From: Calditrichia bacterium
GTDB lineage: Bacteria; Calditrichota; Calditrichia; JAJRVZ01
Reading direction: 5' to 3'
Length of the DNA: 64,000 nt
NCBI GenBank assembly: GCA_963777955.1
Contig: CAVZSQ010000019.1
Span: 352,001-416,000 of the forward strand
How positions within the stretch are numbered: position 1 is the stretch's first letter; each line of letters begins with the position of its first letter. Position numbers and translations under genes: made by a program. This document shows positions 33,591-46,119 of the stretch, in pieces. The notes below the pieces were generated by a model. It saw only the letters and a program-made list of their open reading frames with translations, did no database searches and was not told the origin of the DNA.

Positions 33591-34166
33591 TTAATTTTCC
33601 TCAACAATTTTTTCAAAAACCGAACAGATCTGTTCCTCCGTCAACCATCCGATCATTTTCTCACGAATTTTACCATGGCGATCAATAAAGAAACTGGTAG
33701 GCAAACCGGTCACACCATATTTCTCCGCGATCTCTTTCTTATCATCCAATAATAATGGAATAGTCAACCGGTATTCCTGTTTCAGTTCCAGAACATGTTC
33801 CCTGCCCTGCCCTACGTTCACCGCCAGGATCACTAATCCTCTTTCCTTCAGTTTATCACTGGCACGCTGCAGTTTCACAAACTCTTTGCGGCAGTGGGGA
33901 CACCAGTCGGCCCAGAAATTGAGGAGCACGACTTTACCGCGATAGTCTGCCAGAGTGTATTGAAGCGAATCGACGGCGGGGAGAGTAAAGGGAATGGTCT
34001 CCTGAATTTGGGTTGGTTTATATTCCCTGTCACAACTAATCAAAATAGAGACAAAGAGACAGAGAGACAAAGAGACAAAGTATGCTCGTAATGCACTGAA
34101 GTACCGAGTGCCTAAGTACCTTAGTCCCTTAGTACCTGAGTCCCTGAGCAATGTCGATGGATTCAT
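33591..34166 (-). CDS. TlpA/ResA family thiol-disulfide oxidoreductase lipoprotein
   Basis: LADYRGKVVLLNFWADWCPHC, YGVTGLPTSFFIDRHG; lipobox ILISC. Confidence 0.92.
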   Translation of the reverse strand: MNPSTLLRDSGTKGLRYLGTRYFSALRAYFVSLSLCLFVSILISCDREYKPTQIQETIPFTLPAVDSLQYTLADYRGKVVLLNFWADWCPHCRKEFVKLQRASDKLKERGLVILAVNVGQGREHVLELKQEYRLTIPLLLDDKKEIAEKYGVTGLPTSFFIDRHGKIREKMIGWLTEEQICSVFEKIVEEN

Positions 34167-34193
34167 ATCTACATCTCTATTTATTTTTCACGA

Positions 34194-35144
34194 TCATCCT
34201 GATAGAATGGTCGTCTCGACTTCGCTCGACGACCGGATCAACGGTCCCCGAGCGGAGTCGAGGGGACACTCAGTGCACCAGTGCCTTTGTGCCTTTATAA
34301 TCCTATCTCGTCTTCCCCCAGATGCGGCTTCACCATCTTCATCAATCGCCTTGACCTGCTGCAGCAGGGCTTCCAGGCGTTGCAAGGGCAGCATGCTGGC
34401 CGCATCGCACAAAGCATGCTCGCAATCGGGATGGGTTTCGATAAAGATCGCATCGATTCCGGCGGCCGTTCCGGCCCGGCTCAGAGTGAAAATGAATTCC
34501 TTGGCCCCGCCGCGCTTGTCGCTGCTGCTCACCCCATACTTGCGGATGGCATGAGTGGGGTCCAGCACCACCGGATAACCCAGATCGCGCATCACTTTCA
34601 GATTGCGCATGTCCATGACCAGATTATGATATCCAAAAAACGTACCGCGGTCAGTCAATAATATTTTATCATTACCGGTTGATTTCAATTTATTGATAAT
34701 GTGCTGCATATCCTGTGGATGCAAAAATTGTCCTTTTTTAACATTCACCACCCGGCCGGTTTTACCCACGGCCACTACCAGTCCGGTCTGCATGGAAAGA
34801 TAAGCAGGAATCTGAATCACATCCAGAACTTCAGCACAGGCTTCGGCATCGTGCAGGTCGTGTATATCGGATAATACCGGAATGCCGAGTTTTTCTTTTA
34901 CTTTTTGCAGAATCCGCAATCCCTCTTTCAGCCCCGGTCCCTGGAAGGTCTCCACCGCCGAACGATTATCTTTTAAATAGGAAGATTTAAAGATTAAAGG
35001 AAAACCGAGTTTATCGGCGATTTTCCTGATCTGTTCGGCAGTCGACAAGGCCAGCTTTTCGGATTCGATTACACAAGGACCGGCAATTAAAGCCAAGGGA
35101 TGACCGGTACCGATTTTGATTTTGCCTACTTCAACGATTTTCAT
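34194..35144 (-). CDS. kdsA: 3-deoxy-D-manno-octulosonate 8-phosphate synthase
   Basis: LIAGPCVIES, FKSSYLKDNRS, QIPAYL, NVKKGQF, DPTH, FIETHPD...CDAA; start ATG 35144; the C-terminal tail is probably an indel artefact (true stop likely ~34295). Confidence 0.93.
   Translation of the reverse strand: MKIVEVGKIKIGTGHPLALIAGPCVIESEKLALSTAEQIRKIADKLGFPLIFKSSYLKDNRSAVETFQGPGLKEGLRILQKVKEKLGIPVLSDIHDLHDAEACAEVLDVIQIPAYLSMQTGLVVAVGKTGRVVNVKKGQFLHPQDMQHIINKLKSTGNDKILLTDRGTFFGYHNLVMDMRNLKVMRDLGYPVVLDPTHAIRKYGVSSSDKRGGAKEFIFTLSRAGTAAGIDAIFIETHPDCEHALCDAASMLPLQRLEALLQQVKAIDEDGEAASGGRRDRIIKAQRHWCTECPLDSARGPLIRSSSEVETTILSG
34214..34266. repeat. CTCGACTTCGCTCG...CCGAGCGGAGTCGAGG inverted repeat
   Basis: Two complementary arms separated by ~20 nt between kdsA and tlpA. 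Confidence 0.6.
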
Positions 35145-35179
35145 GTCTAAATCTCCGGTTTCTCTTCGTTTACCAGGTG

Positions 35180-35404
35180 AAGGTAAAAGGCTAAAGGCCA
35201 AAGGTCAAAGGATAAAGAAATTCCTTTGTGCCTGTCTTACGCTAGGTCTTCGACCTTTGTGCCTTTAATTATATAGAATTTAAAGATATTTTATAATAAT
35301 TTAAAGCTAAACGCATAGGACGCTATGGTAAGCGCAAAGGCCGCAAAGATTTCCTATAGATTGTGTCTTTGCGTACTTGTGTATACCTTGGCGACCTTTG
35401 CGTT
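35180..35404. repeat. Cluster of heptamer (AAGGNYA x5) and nonamer (CGCAAAG/CTTTGCG) short tandem repeats
   Basis: aaggtaa aaggcta aaggcca aaggtca aaggata (35180-35217); gcgcaaaggccgcaaag ... ctttgcg...cctttgcg (35331-35404). Confidence 0.6.
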
Positions 35405-35421
35405 GAAAAGGTTTAGAATCA

Positions 35422-36130
35422 ATGGAATTATTTTACACCGATCTGGAACATATCGGTAGTACGGATGCTGAATTCGACCGCTTTGAATCACAGCACATCC
35501 TGAAAACTTTGCGTAAAAAAACCGGAGATGAAATATACTTCACCGACGGGCGGGGCCGGCTATACTCCGGTATCATCGACAAAACCAGGCCGGTGCTGAA
35601 AGTGCATCATACGCTGGTAAAAGAATCGATACCGGCTGCTGTATCGATCAGCCTGGCGGTGGGTTTTATCCGACCGGCCCGGATGGACTTTATCATCGAG
35701 AAAGGGACCGAATTAGGGGTGCAAAAATTTTATTTACTGTCCACGCAGCATAGTAATTACTTTACCGCCAACACCCTGCGCTGGCAAAAAATCGCCCGCC
35801 AGGCGATAAAACAAAGCTTGCACCTGTTTCTGCCGGATATCGTTGCGGTCAAATCCCTGAACGAACTCATACCACTGCTGCCGCAGTCAACTGTAAAAAT
35901 GGTTTTCGATCAGAGTGCTACTCGCCCACTGTCAGAAATTTTATCCCGGCCGTGTTCGTTAACTTCTTCAAATATCATATTTCTTGATCGGTCCTGAAGG
36001 GGGCTTGAGCGCTGATGAAATGGAATTTGTCGAAAGTAACGATTTTCACCCGATATCACTCGGTCCATACAGATTACGCACCGAAACTGCCGCCCTGCTG
36101 GCCGCAGCGGCGGGCTTATTTATAAAATAA
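35422..36130 (+). CDS. rsmE: 16S rRNA m3U1498 methyltransferase; frameshift near 35985
   Basis: [32 protein letters not shown] and [12 protein letters not shown] continue in a shifted frame to TAA 36130. Confidence 0.9.
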
Positions 36131-36152
36131 TGCAACTGATCAGGAGGTACGA

Positions 36153-36503
36153 TTGAAGAAATCAGAAACTGTATTCAGCCAGATCATCAGGAAAAAAGTC
36201 AAAGCCGAGATCATTTATGTAGACCGGCAGATTGTCGCCTTTAAAGATATTAATCCCCAGGCTCCTGTACATGTGCTTATTGTGCCCAGAAAGACGATAG
36301 CTACTTTATCCGAGGTGACGTCAAAAGATGCTTTGCTTTTGGGTAAAATGATGTTAGTGGCAAAGAAAATTGCCCACCAGCTGAAACTGGCTGATGATGG
36401 ATTCCGCCTGGTTCTGAATCAGGGCCGCTTCGGCGGGCAAACTGTTTTACACCTGCACTTTCATCTGCTGGGCGGCAGAAGAATGATGTGGCCGCCGGGA
36501 TGA
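36153..36503 (+). CDS. Histidine triad nucleotide-binding (HIT/HinT) protein
   Basis: AFKDINPQAPVHVLIVP, GGQTVLHLHFHLLGGR..WPPG. Confidence 0.95.
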   Translation: MKKSETVFSQIIRKKVKAEIIYVDRQIVAFKDINPQAPVHVLIVPRKTIATLSEVTSKDALLLGKMMLVAKKIAHQLKLADDGFRLVLNQGRFGGQTVLHLHFHLLGGRRMMWPPG

Positions 36504-36522
36504 TTTGATATCAGGAATAACC

Positions 36523-37752
36523 ATGAACTCGAATTCTTATGATCTGATAATTGTCGGGGCGGGTCCGGCCGGATGCACCGCCGCCCTGTATGCTGCCAGG
36601 CACGGTTTAAAAACTTTGCTGCTGGAAAAAGAACGTTTTCCGCGCGACAAGATTTGCGGCGATGCCCTTTCGGGCAAATCAATCACCATTCTGCGGGAAC
36701 TCGCTCTGCTGAATAAAGTTGCCGCCCTGCCCGGGGCAGCTATCAATACCATCACCTTTAGCAGTCCTGATCATACTTCCTTCAGTATCAACCTGAATCA
36801 CAGCGGACTGAAAAATACGACCAAGGGATTTGTCGTCCGGCGTAAAGTTTTCGATAACTTTTTATATCAGGAAGTGCGCCGGACCGATGTGCAATGCCGC
36901 GAAGGATTCACGGTGACCGATCTGGTGATGGAAGATGACCAGGTGCAGGGAATTCGCGGTACCCAGAATGGTAGTGGCCAGGTTCTTGAATACAAAGGCA
37001 GGATTATTATAGGAGCGGATGGGTATAAATCAATCGTTGCTCAAAAAACAGGTCTGTATCACCTTGATCCCGGACACTGGGTGGTGGCTTTACGCGGCTA
37101 TTATAAGAACGTAAAAGACCTTACCGATCAGATTGAATTGCATTTTATCGACGAAGTTATCCCGGGCTATTTCTGGATCTTCCCGGTGGATAACGGTTAC
37201 GCTAATGTCGGCATCGGCATGCTTCATTCCGCCATAAAAAAGCAAAAGGCTGATCTAAAGCAAATGCTGCAACAGGCGATTAATAGTGAATTTTTTAAAG
37301 AACGTTTCGCTGCAGCGGCAGAGGTGGACAAGCCTGTGGGCTGGAATTTACCGGTAGGCAGTCTGCACCGCCGGAATTATGGTCCCGGATTTCTGCTGCT
37401 GGGGGACGCGGCCGGATTGATCGATCCATTTACCGGTGAGGGCATCGGCAACGCCCTGTACTCCGGAAAATACGCCGTTGAAACTGTCCGGGCAGCCCTG
37501 AGTTGCGGTGATTACAGTGCAAATTTTTTATCCCGTTATGACCGCGAGTTGTGGCAGATCATTGGTCCTGAACTCGGTGTCAGTACAAGATTGCAAAAAT
37601 TAGGTCAAAACCGTTTTCTATTAAACTACGTCATAGGCAAGGCGGCCAGGAACACAGAAATCAGCCGGTTGATTGCCGGCATGATGGCCAATGAAGTTCC
37701 GCGCAGTACATTGGCGAATCCGCTGTTTTATTTGAGGTTGCTGTTTAAGTAA
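36523..37752 (+). CDS. Geranylgeranyl reductase family FAD oxidoreductase
   Basis: IVGAGPAG, FPRDKICGD, GYFWIFP, LLGDAAGLIDPFTGEGI. Confidence 0.9.
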   Translation: MNSNSYDLIIVGAGPAGCTAALYAARHGLKTLLLEKERFPRDKICGDALSGKSITILRELALLNKVAALPGAAINTITFSSPDHTSFSINLNHSGLKNTTKGFVVRRKVFDNFLYQEVRRTDVQCREGFTVTDLVMEDDQVQGIRGTQNGSGQVLEYKGRIIIGADGYKSIVAQKTGLYHLDPGHWVVALRGYYKNVKDLTDQIELHFIDEVIPGYFWIFPVDNGYANVGIGMLHSAIKKQKADLKQMLQQAINSEFFKERFAAAAEVDKPVGWNLPVGSLHRRNYGPGFLLLGDAAGLIDPFTGEGIGNALYSGKYAVETVRAALSCGDYSANFLSRYDRELWQIIGPELGVSTRLQKLGQNRFLLNYVIGKAARNTEISRLIAGMMANEVPRSTLANPLFYLRLLFK

Positions 37753-37820
37753 GACGTTCCCAGTTCCCCCTCAGTAAAGGGGGATTTTATCTTGCTCCTC
37801 ATTAATATTAAACCAAGGAA

Positions 37821-40013
37821 TCATTCCTTACCAAAAAAATTCCTCATCCAGAAATCATGGATCAGACGGTCTTCATGCCAACGCTTCAGACCGCGCCAGC
37901 CATGGCGTTCAGCAGGGTAAATCATCAACTCAAACTTTTTGCCCAGATCCTGAAATTTTGAAATCAATTGCAGTGTATTCTGAAAATGTACATTGTCGTC
38001 CATGGATCCATGGATGAGTAAAAGTTTTCCCTTATATTTCTGTGCCTGCGTCAGCACCGAACCAGATTCATAACCCTGTGGATTTTCTTCCGGTTTATCC
38101 ATGTACCGTTCCGTGTATACCGCATCGTACAAGCGCCAGTCAGTCACAGACAGCGAAGCAACACCGTGTGTAAAATAATCTGCTCCATAGGTCAGACGCC
38201 ATACAGGTGGTATAACCACCATAACTGCTGCCGGTGATGCCGATTCTGGTAGAATCAACAAAAGGCTGCTGCCGCAGCCATTTGACTGCGGTAACCAGGT
38301 CAGCCACTTCCCACTGACCCAGATGGCGGTTCATCATCATCATCCCGGCCTTGCCGAAATGACCCGATCCGCGATTATCAACAATCATAGTGATAATTCC
38401 CTGCTGTGCCAGGTAGTGCTCACGCAACAATCGAAACTTGTTCGATACACTGGCCGATTCGGGTCCGCCATAAACCGAGAAGATAACCGGGTAGCGTTTA
38501 TCAGTTTCAATCTTTGCTGGCAAGATCCATAAGGCCGGCAGGTCCAGACCATCCCTGGTTGGTATGGAAAATATTTCCACCCGGCCGAGTTCGTACTCGT
38601 CTAACGACGCTGTTTTTCTGTCACCGATAGTCCGTATAAACTTGCCATCACTGCGGAACAGATCCATCTTAGGCGGCTGGGTAATATTACTATGGGTATC
38701 GATGAAATACCTGGCGGTTGGAGAAATATCAGCATCATGAACGCCCGGTACATCAGTGATTCGCTGCTGATTCTGGCCCGAAAAACTTACCCGGTACAGA
38801 TGTTTCTGGGCAGGATGATCAGCGCTACCGATAAAATAAACCTGTTGATTCTGTTCATCAACATGCGCCAATGAAATGACATTCCATGTCGCCGCTGGTC
38901 AATTGGGATTGCCGAAGGCCTTCCATATTATAAAGGTAAAGATGATACCAACCGTCGCAATCGCTGCGCAGGATGAAACCTCTATTATTTTTCAGAACAT
39001 GTAAATCGGTATAGAATTCAATCCAGGCCTGCGGCGACTTTTCCTCATACAATAATTTTTTCTGACCATTCTCCGGATCGATGCGGTATAGCCGGGCCTG
39101 GTCCTGAGCACGGTTGAACCATTGGCAGATCAGAAATTTACTGTCCGGCGACCAGAACGGCTGAGCCAGATAGTGTTCTGCCTCCTGATCAAAATCGACC
39201 CAGCTGATATTACTACTTTTGATATTTATAATTCCCAGTCGCACCTGGGGTACCGGATCCCCTGCTTTCGGATAACGCTGCAGTTCCAGCCGGCCATGGG
39301 CTCCTTCGGCATCAAAGAGCGGAAACTCCGGCACCTTAGTTTCATCAAAACGCAGAAAAGCTATTGACTCGCTGTTGGGCGACCACCAGAAGGCCTGGTA
39401 CCGGGATGAACGCCCCAATATTTCTTCATAATAAACCCAGGCGGCCCTGCCGTTGTAAATCGCTTCGGCGCCGTCATTGGTAAGTCGTTTCTCTTCGCCG
39501 GATCGGATATCAATAATATACAGATCATGATCGCGGGTAAAACTTACATAACTACCATCCGGAGATAAGACAGGATTTTTTTCAACGCCCGGACTGGTGG
39601 TAAGTCGTTGCAGTACTTTATTGGCAATTGAAAAATAATACAGATCATCCTCTTTACTCAGTATGTATGACCTGTAATCACTGCTTACATCTTCGGCATC
39701 GCGCAGATCGAGACCCGCCAGGCGATTATTTAAACTCTGATAATCAATAAAGTTCACAACTTTTCCATCCTGAGCATTTACTTTGATCAGTCTGGAGATT
39801 TTTTTTCCGTCATCATGAAGAAATTGCAGGAAATGCTCAGCATCCAGCCAGCCATCGATAACCGGTAAACTGGCTAAAACTTCAGGTCCGGCATATTTAT
39901 AAACCTGGTCATAGGCTGAATTGCTTCTGCTGGGCCAGCAGGGGCGGAACAGCGAGAAGCATCAATAATAACACTGATGTTTTTAGCAACAATAATCCAT
40001 GATGATTATTCAT
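37821..40013 (-). CDS. S9B dipeptidyl peptidase IV family; three frameshifts (~39915, ~38875, ~38200)
   Basis: Signal peptide from ATG 40013; WVYYEEI, WWSPNS, RYPKAGD, VYGGP, GSSYGG (Ser), HGSMDDNVH (Asp), ERHG (His) spread over successive frames. Confidence 0.88.
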
Positions 40014-40045
40014 TCAAATCCTTTCTTCATATCATATATATGATA

Positions 40046-40122
40046 GATCCCGGCTTTCGCCGGGATGACATTGCATTGTTTTATAGTTTCTGTAACGCAG
40101 GGCGAGGTAACCTCGCCCTTAC
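40046..40122. repeat. Two palindromic intergenic repeats
   Basis: GATCCCGGCTTTCGCCGGGATGAC (40046-40069) and AGGGCGAGGTAACCTCGCCCTTAC (~40099-40122). Confidence 0.6.
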
Positions 40123-43100
40123 TTACTTATCCTCCGGGAACGGTTCATGCTGCGGCCAGGGACGGGGATCCTGTTTTATTTTTTGCAGCAGAATCTCCAG
40201 CGCTTTCATCAATTGGGCATCGATCCCTTTTTCCATTTCGGCTGCAGTCAGGTCAATCACAATATCCGGATCAACTCCATAATTCTCCACTACCCATTTA
40301 CCCTCAGTATTATAAATACGATAATCGGGCGAAGTAATTGTTCCTCCATCGATCAGCGGAGCATACATGGATACACCGACCAGTCCACCCCAGGTTCGTG
40401 TGCCGATCACTTCTCCCATCTTTCTTAATTTAAATTCATAGGGCAGCATATCACCGCCGGAACCGGCCTGGCGATTGGTAATACAAACCATGTGAGCATT
40501 GGTGGCCACAGCGGGCGTGGTCTGATCATGGGAATACCGCCGGGTCCAGTAGGACAATATCTTTTTATCCAGTCGTTGTAAAAAGATATCGGGATCAAGA
40601 CCGCCGCCATTGAAGCGGCCGTCTATGATCAGTCCTTTTTTGCGGGTCTGCGCATAAAAATATTTTGGAAACTCTGCAGCCGAACCGGTAAAAGTGTCCG
40701 GCAGATAAATATAGCCGATCTCACCTTTCGATAACTTATCCACCAACAGCCGGTTATGCTCCAGCCAGTCCTGGTTGCGAAACGTATATTCCCCGGAGGC
40801 AGGCTCGACAGTAATTTCACGGGCACCGCTCAGTGCAGGTTTATCATTCACCAGCAGGGTTACCTGTTTCTTAGCCAGGTTCTGAAAATAAGCGTACACT
40901 TCTTTATCGCTATATACTTCCCGGCCGTTTACCTGTAACAGATAATCACCCTCGCTGACCTGCAAACCCGGCCTGGCCAGCGGTGGAATTTCATTACCGC
41001 TCCAATCAGCCACCCGGTAAATTTTTTTGAAGCGATACCGCTGCGCCGATTTATCCACTTCATAATCTGCACCCAGCATGCCTACATTGAATCGCCCGGC
41101 CTTGCGGGAAATGTCACCGCCGGAAACATAGGTATGCGAAGTATTCAACTCGCCGATCAATTCACCGATCAGGAAACTCAGGTCCTGGCGGCAGGAAACA
41201 TCGTGTAATAGTTTCCCGTATTTTTCTTTCATGCCCGGCCAATCGATGCCATGCATTTTAGGTTCATAATAAAAATCCCGTTCCAGGCGCCAGGTTTCAT
41301 TGAACATTTGCCGCCATTCTGCCAGCGGATCCAGCCACATTTTTAAATCAGCCAGGTCGAGAGATTTAGGTTCGGCATTCCTGGCATCAGCACTCAGCAA
41401 GCCGATTATCTTGCCCTGCTTATAGACAATCCGCGAACCATCCGCGCAGAGTTTATAACCATCGATATCTTTGATCACCGGCTGCTCTTCCCTGTCCTTG
41501 AACGAGAAAGCATACAAAGTCATGGGGGGCAGATCCCTGTACTCAAAACGGTTAAAATCCCCTTCCCCGGCATTCAGATAATAAAGGTTATCTTCATTCA
41601 CTGCCAGACTGCGGTAATTTCCCCTGGCCAGCGGTAAAGTCTTCAATCCGACCGGCCAGACCGTCAAAATCTATCGTCACTCTTACTCCTGCCGCCGGTT
41701 TACCCTCACTCCCCTTAATCTTCTCCGGTATATTATTCACTTCTTCATCGCTAAGCAGCGGTAACAAGGATTCTCCATTCTTTCCGTAAGGTCAGGGCAT
41801 AGATACCGGCCACTTTTTTATATACCATCTCCCATTCAAAATCACAGAAGGTCGGATCGAAGATACGGTTGGACATAAAAATCAGATGTTCGCCATCGGG
41901 GGTGAACACCGGATTAAGGTCGTTGAAAATACCCTGGCTGACACAGGTGCTCTGGCCCGATTCCAGTGCATAAACGTAAAGATTATAGACCAGATTCTCA
42001 TTCATCTTGGCATAAGCGATGAACCGACTGTCCGGAGACCAGTTGAAATCCGCGATTGGTTTGCGGTCGATGGAGACATCAACATCTTCATATTCGGCTT
42101 TATCAATCTTAGTAATCTTCTTTGAATCAATATCGATGTAATAACAACTAAGGGTTTGATCGGCGAAGGCGATCTTTTTACTATCGGGAGACCAGCGTAG
42201 AGTATGACGATAACCGTTCTGGTGCTGAGTCAACTGTACAGCCTGGTTTTCGCTCCTGGCATCAGCCAGATACAATTCATATTCCCCGCTTTTATCCGAA
42301 ATATATGCCACCCACTTGCCGTCCGGAGACCAGGCTGCATCTTTTTCCCTGCTGCCGGAACTGTTGCTCAGGTTGCGGATCGCACCCTGTTCTTCCGGGA
42401 CGGAAAATATTTCACCGCGTGCCACGACCAGGATGCGTTTCCCAGCGGGGGAACAATTGAATCCCTGAATGGAACCGGTCACATCCTGCCAGCGGGGTCG
42501 TGCCTCAGGCGCATCGGTGCGTATCTCGACCGGGATTTGTTTAGTGATCTTGCTGGTCACATCCAGCAGCCAGAGCGAGCCGCCCAATTCGTAAATGATC
42601 CGGTTACCGCCCATGCTGGGCCGGCGCACATCATAATCGGTATGCCGGGTGATCTGTTCCAGGGTACCCTTGCTTACCGAATAAACATAAATATTGAGTA
42701 CCCGATCACGGTCTGAATTGAAATAGATATAATCTCCGATCCACATGGGCAGACGATCTGTTCCGCGAAAATTGCTTATATTTTTCTCCTGTTTGGTGGC
42801 AAAATCGTAAAGATAAATCTCCTGTGCCGTGCCACCCTGATACCTTTTCCAGGTACGCTGTTCACCGGAAACCTTGGTATAAGCAATCTGTTTACCATCT
42901 GCCGAAAAACAACCAAAAGAGGCCTCGGGTAGTATTAATTCCTCGAGTTCACTCCCGTCGGGTTTAATCAGGAATAAGTGATCAAAATAATTATAACTGT
43001 TACGCATAGAACGGAACAGAATTTTATTGGTCAGAGGCTGCCAGCCTACCACTTCATCGTAGCCCGGGTGATAGGTGACGCGCCTGATCTCTCCGCCGGT

Positions 43101-43409
43101 AGTGTTCATCACGTATATGTCGGAGTTGCCGTCGTATTCAGCGGTAAAAGCAATCAAGGTGCCATCGGGAGAAAATTTAGGAGAACGCTCCTGGCCATCG
43201 TGAATGGTCAAACGTACGGCGGTACCCCCCTGGGCCGGGACGCTCCAGATATCTTCACCATAAACAAATACAACCTTGTCCTCATATATATCCGGAAAGC
43301 GCATCAAGGGCCGTTGTTCACCGGCAGCCAGTGGTTTTATCAGTATCAATCCGATAACAATAAAAAAGAATGGTGCCAGCGGCTTTAGACCCATAGTTTT
43401 CTTACTCAT
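40123..43409 (-). CDS. Tricorn protease homologue (S41, beta-propellers + PDZ); two frameshifts (~41780, ~41640)
   Basis: LMRFPDI, WKRYQGGTAQ, PD40 repeats, GELNTSH, IIDGRFNGGG, AGSGGD (Ser), RTWGGLVG, ENYGVDPDI. Confidence 0.92.
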
Positions 43410-43536
43410 ACATTTTATCTCCTTAAAAGGTTATTTACGATTTAATGATTCCAAAATATTAAATGGTTGGAAAAGATGATCACAGGGGGATAATTAGATT
43501 GGTGGCAGATTAAATTATTTTTCCAGCCGTACATTT

Positions 43537-46069
43537 TTACGCATGGTTTCGACGGACGATGTCATAGCGCCCAGCAACTCGTTTAAACCGTTCCTGTTCG
43601 CGTATTCTCTCAAACAGGGGATCGATTTGCAGCCAGGCTGGTAAATTAAATCCCAGTTCATGGGCACGATTCAGGTAATCCAGTGCTGTCGTGCTGTCTC
43701 CTTTAATGGCCTGCACAGCCGCCAGGTCATACCATACCCCCCACCATTCGCTGCCCTGTTTGATGCTCTGCTGGTCCATTTGTATACTGAGTGCGAACAT
43801 GGTATCTGCCTCCGGATAATGGGCGGTTTTCCATAACAGGAAGCCCAGATCGGTAGTGGCAGCAATTCCGGTGAAGGGTTGCCAGCCCCGCTGTTCAATA
43901 TTCAGGGATTGCTGGTAGTACCCGGCGGCCAGGTTGGGATTGCCGGCATGCAAGGCCGCATCTCCGGCCAACAAATACAGTGCTGCATCCGTATGATTCT
44001 TAATGGCCGCCCGTTCCATTTCCGCTGCTGCTCCAGGCAGATCATTTTGCATGAGATCGATCATGACCAGAGCGATTAACGGATTGGGTTGATGTAATGG
44101 TTGCAGAGTATAAGCGATCTCCAGATATTCCCGGGCCAATTTATTTTCATGCAGGGCCAGATAGATCATGCCCAAACCGAGATTTAAATTTGGATTGGTA
44201 GGATTGAGTTGCACGGCCTTCAGCAGCCAGTGATGGGCCTGATCGAATTTACCCATTTGATAATATACCCAGCCGAGGTTACCTAACGCCGGATCATAAT
44301 TGGGATTCAACTCAACTGCGGTGCGATTAGCGGCCAGGGCCTTCTGAAACCAACTGCGGCTATAATAAATCAAACCCAGGGCTTTATACGCTTCGGCAGA
44401 ATTATTATCAAGTCGTAAAGCCTGCTCACTCTGCAGCATGGCAGAATCCAACCAGACAGAACTTTGACCATAACGCAGCGACCGCTGGACATAGGCGTCG
44501 GCCAGACCGGCATAAGCCGGGGCATAACGGGTATCCAGCGTCAGAGCCTTTTTGAAAAGGAGTATCGCATTGTCGTTATCTTCACTGCGGTAGCGATAGT
44601 AATATTCGCGTCCCTTCAGGTAATAATCATAGGCATGAATATTCATCTGAGCGCTGCTGTCCAGTCTTGCTGTGCCAGGCTGCGGCTGCTGCTTCGCTTT
44701 TTGCGGAAGCGGTGTTATTTTTAATGCAGCGGTGATTTGCCCGGCCACTTCCTGCTGAATATTGAAGACATCGGTGATCTTGCGTTCGAAGGTATCGGCC
44801 CATAGTACTTCATCATTCTTAAGGTCGATCAATTGCGCCGTTATGCGCAGATCATTCATTATCCGGCGCACCGTACCCTGCAGTACATGCCGGACTTTTA
44901 ATTCGTGCCCGATTTCCGAAATGGTTTTATTACTGCCTTTGTATAGTTTGCTGGAATTGAAAGATATGACTTTTAAATCTTTGATCTTGGATATCTGGAT
45001 CAGGATATCCTCCGTGATGCCATCGCTGAAATAGTCACTCTCCTCGCTGGTCGACAGATTTTTAAATGGTAAAACTGTAATGGAATTGTTATCTACTTTG
45101 CCGGCAAAAGTCTGTGCGACCCAGAAATAAACAAACACACTTAAAAGTATAACCGCCAGGACTGCAAAAATATAATACTTGCCTATTTTTCCCTTTCTTA
45201 CCAATGACCGTGTGGGTTTGAATATCCGATTTGAGTACCTGTTGAAAAGACCGCAGGTCTTCCAATAATTCCAGGATATGCTGATACCGGTTTTTCAGAT
45301 CTTTAGCCAGAGCTTTGTTGATGATCCTTTGCAGCTCCAGCGGAATATCTTTATGGAAGGAGTCCAGATCTTTAGGTGATTCATTCAATATGCTGTAATA
45401 CACCGCCTGGGCGTACTCACCCTGGAAGGGTAACTCGCCGCTGAGCATTTCATAAAGCAAGATACCCAGCGACCAGATATCGGTACGGTCATCGACAACC
45501 GCGCCGGAAATCTGCTCGGGTGACATATAACTACTGGTTCCCGTGGTCGGTTTTGTCCCTTCTTCTCCCTCTGCCGGTCCCCCTTTTTCGCCACGCCCCA
45601 TCAATTTGGCTACACCAAAATCCAGTATTTTGACCAGATGATCCCGGGTAACCATTATATTAATAGCCTTGATATCACGATGGACAATTCCCTTGGCATG
45701 AGCTCTGGACAGACCTTCGGCAATCTGAATGGCCAGATCCACTGCCTCCCGCGGCGATAAAGTCTCCTGTTTAATTATCTTGCTTATTGAGTCTCCATCG
45801 TAGAGAGCCATAACCATATATAACTGGCCTTCAGCAGTTTCGTTGAATTCATAAATTGTACAGATATTGGGATGATCAAGGGCTGAAGCTGCCTGGGCTT
45901 CCTGGATAAAGCGTTGCTTGGAGACGGGATCACTGGTTAGTTCGGCCGGCAGGAATTTAATGGCCACGGTACGGTGCAGATGAGTATCTTCGGCCTTATA
46001 GACAATCCCCATGCCCCCTTCACCGATTTTTTCAAGAATCCGATAGTGTGCCACCATCTGTTCCGGCAT
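43537..46069 (-). CDS. Ser/Thr protein kinase + TM + TolB-N-like + TPR domains; frameshift near 45200
   Basis: IGEGGMGIVY, VAIKFL, HRDIK, DFG, YMSPEQ, DIWSLG; then SITVLPFKNLS...YFSDGITEDI, AYDYYLKG, TPRs. Confidence 0.92.
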
Positions 46070-46119
46070 GGTATGAGGGCCTTATTCTTTTAATGAAAGC
46101 CTGTTGAACCGGATAAAAC

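Noticed and set aside
34194..34340. Novel C-terminal extension of KdsA
   Set aside because: Removing one base gives KAIDEMVKPHLGEDEIGL* with a normal length; the extension merely translates intergenic repeats
35985..36000. Other TGA-ended truncated ORFs (rsmE 35997, DPP-IV 38140, TPR lipoprotein 14384) as Sec readthrough
   Set aside because: Homology resumes in a different frame before the TGA, so these are frameshifts, not in-frame recoding
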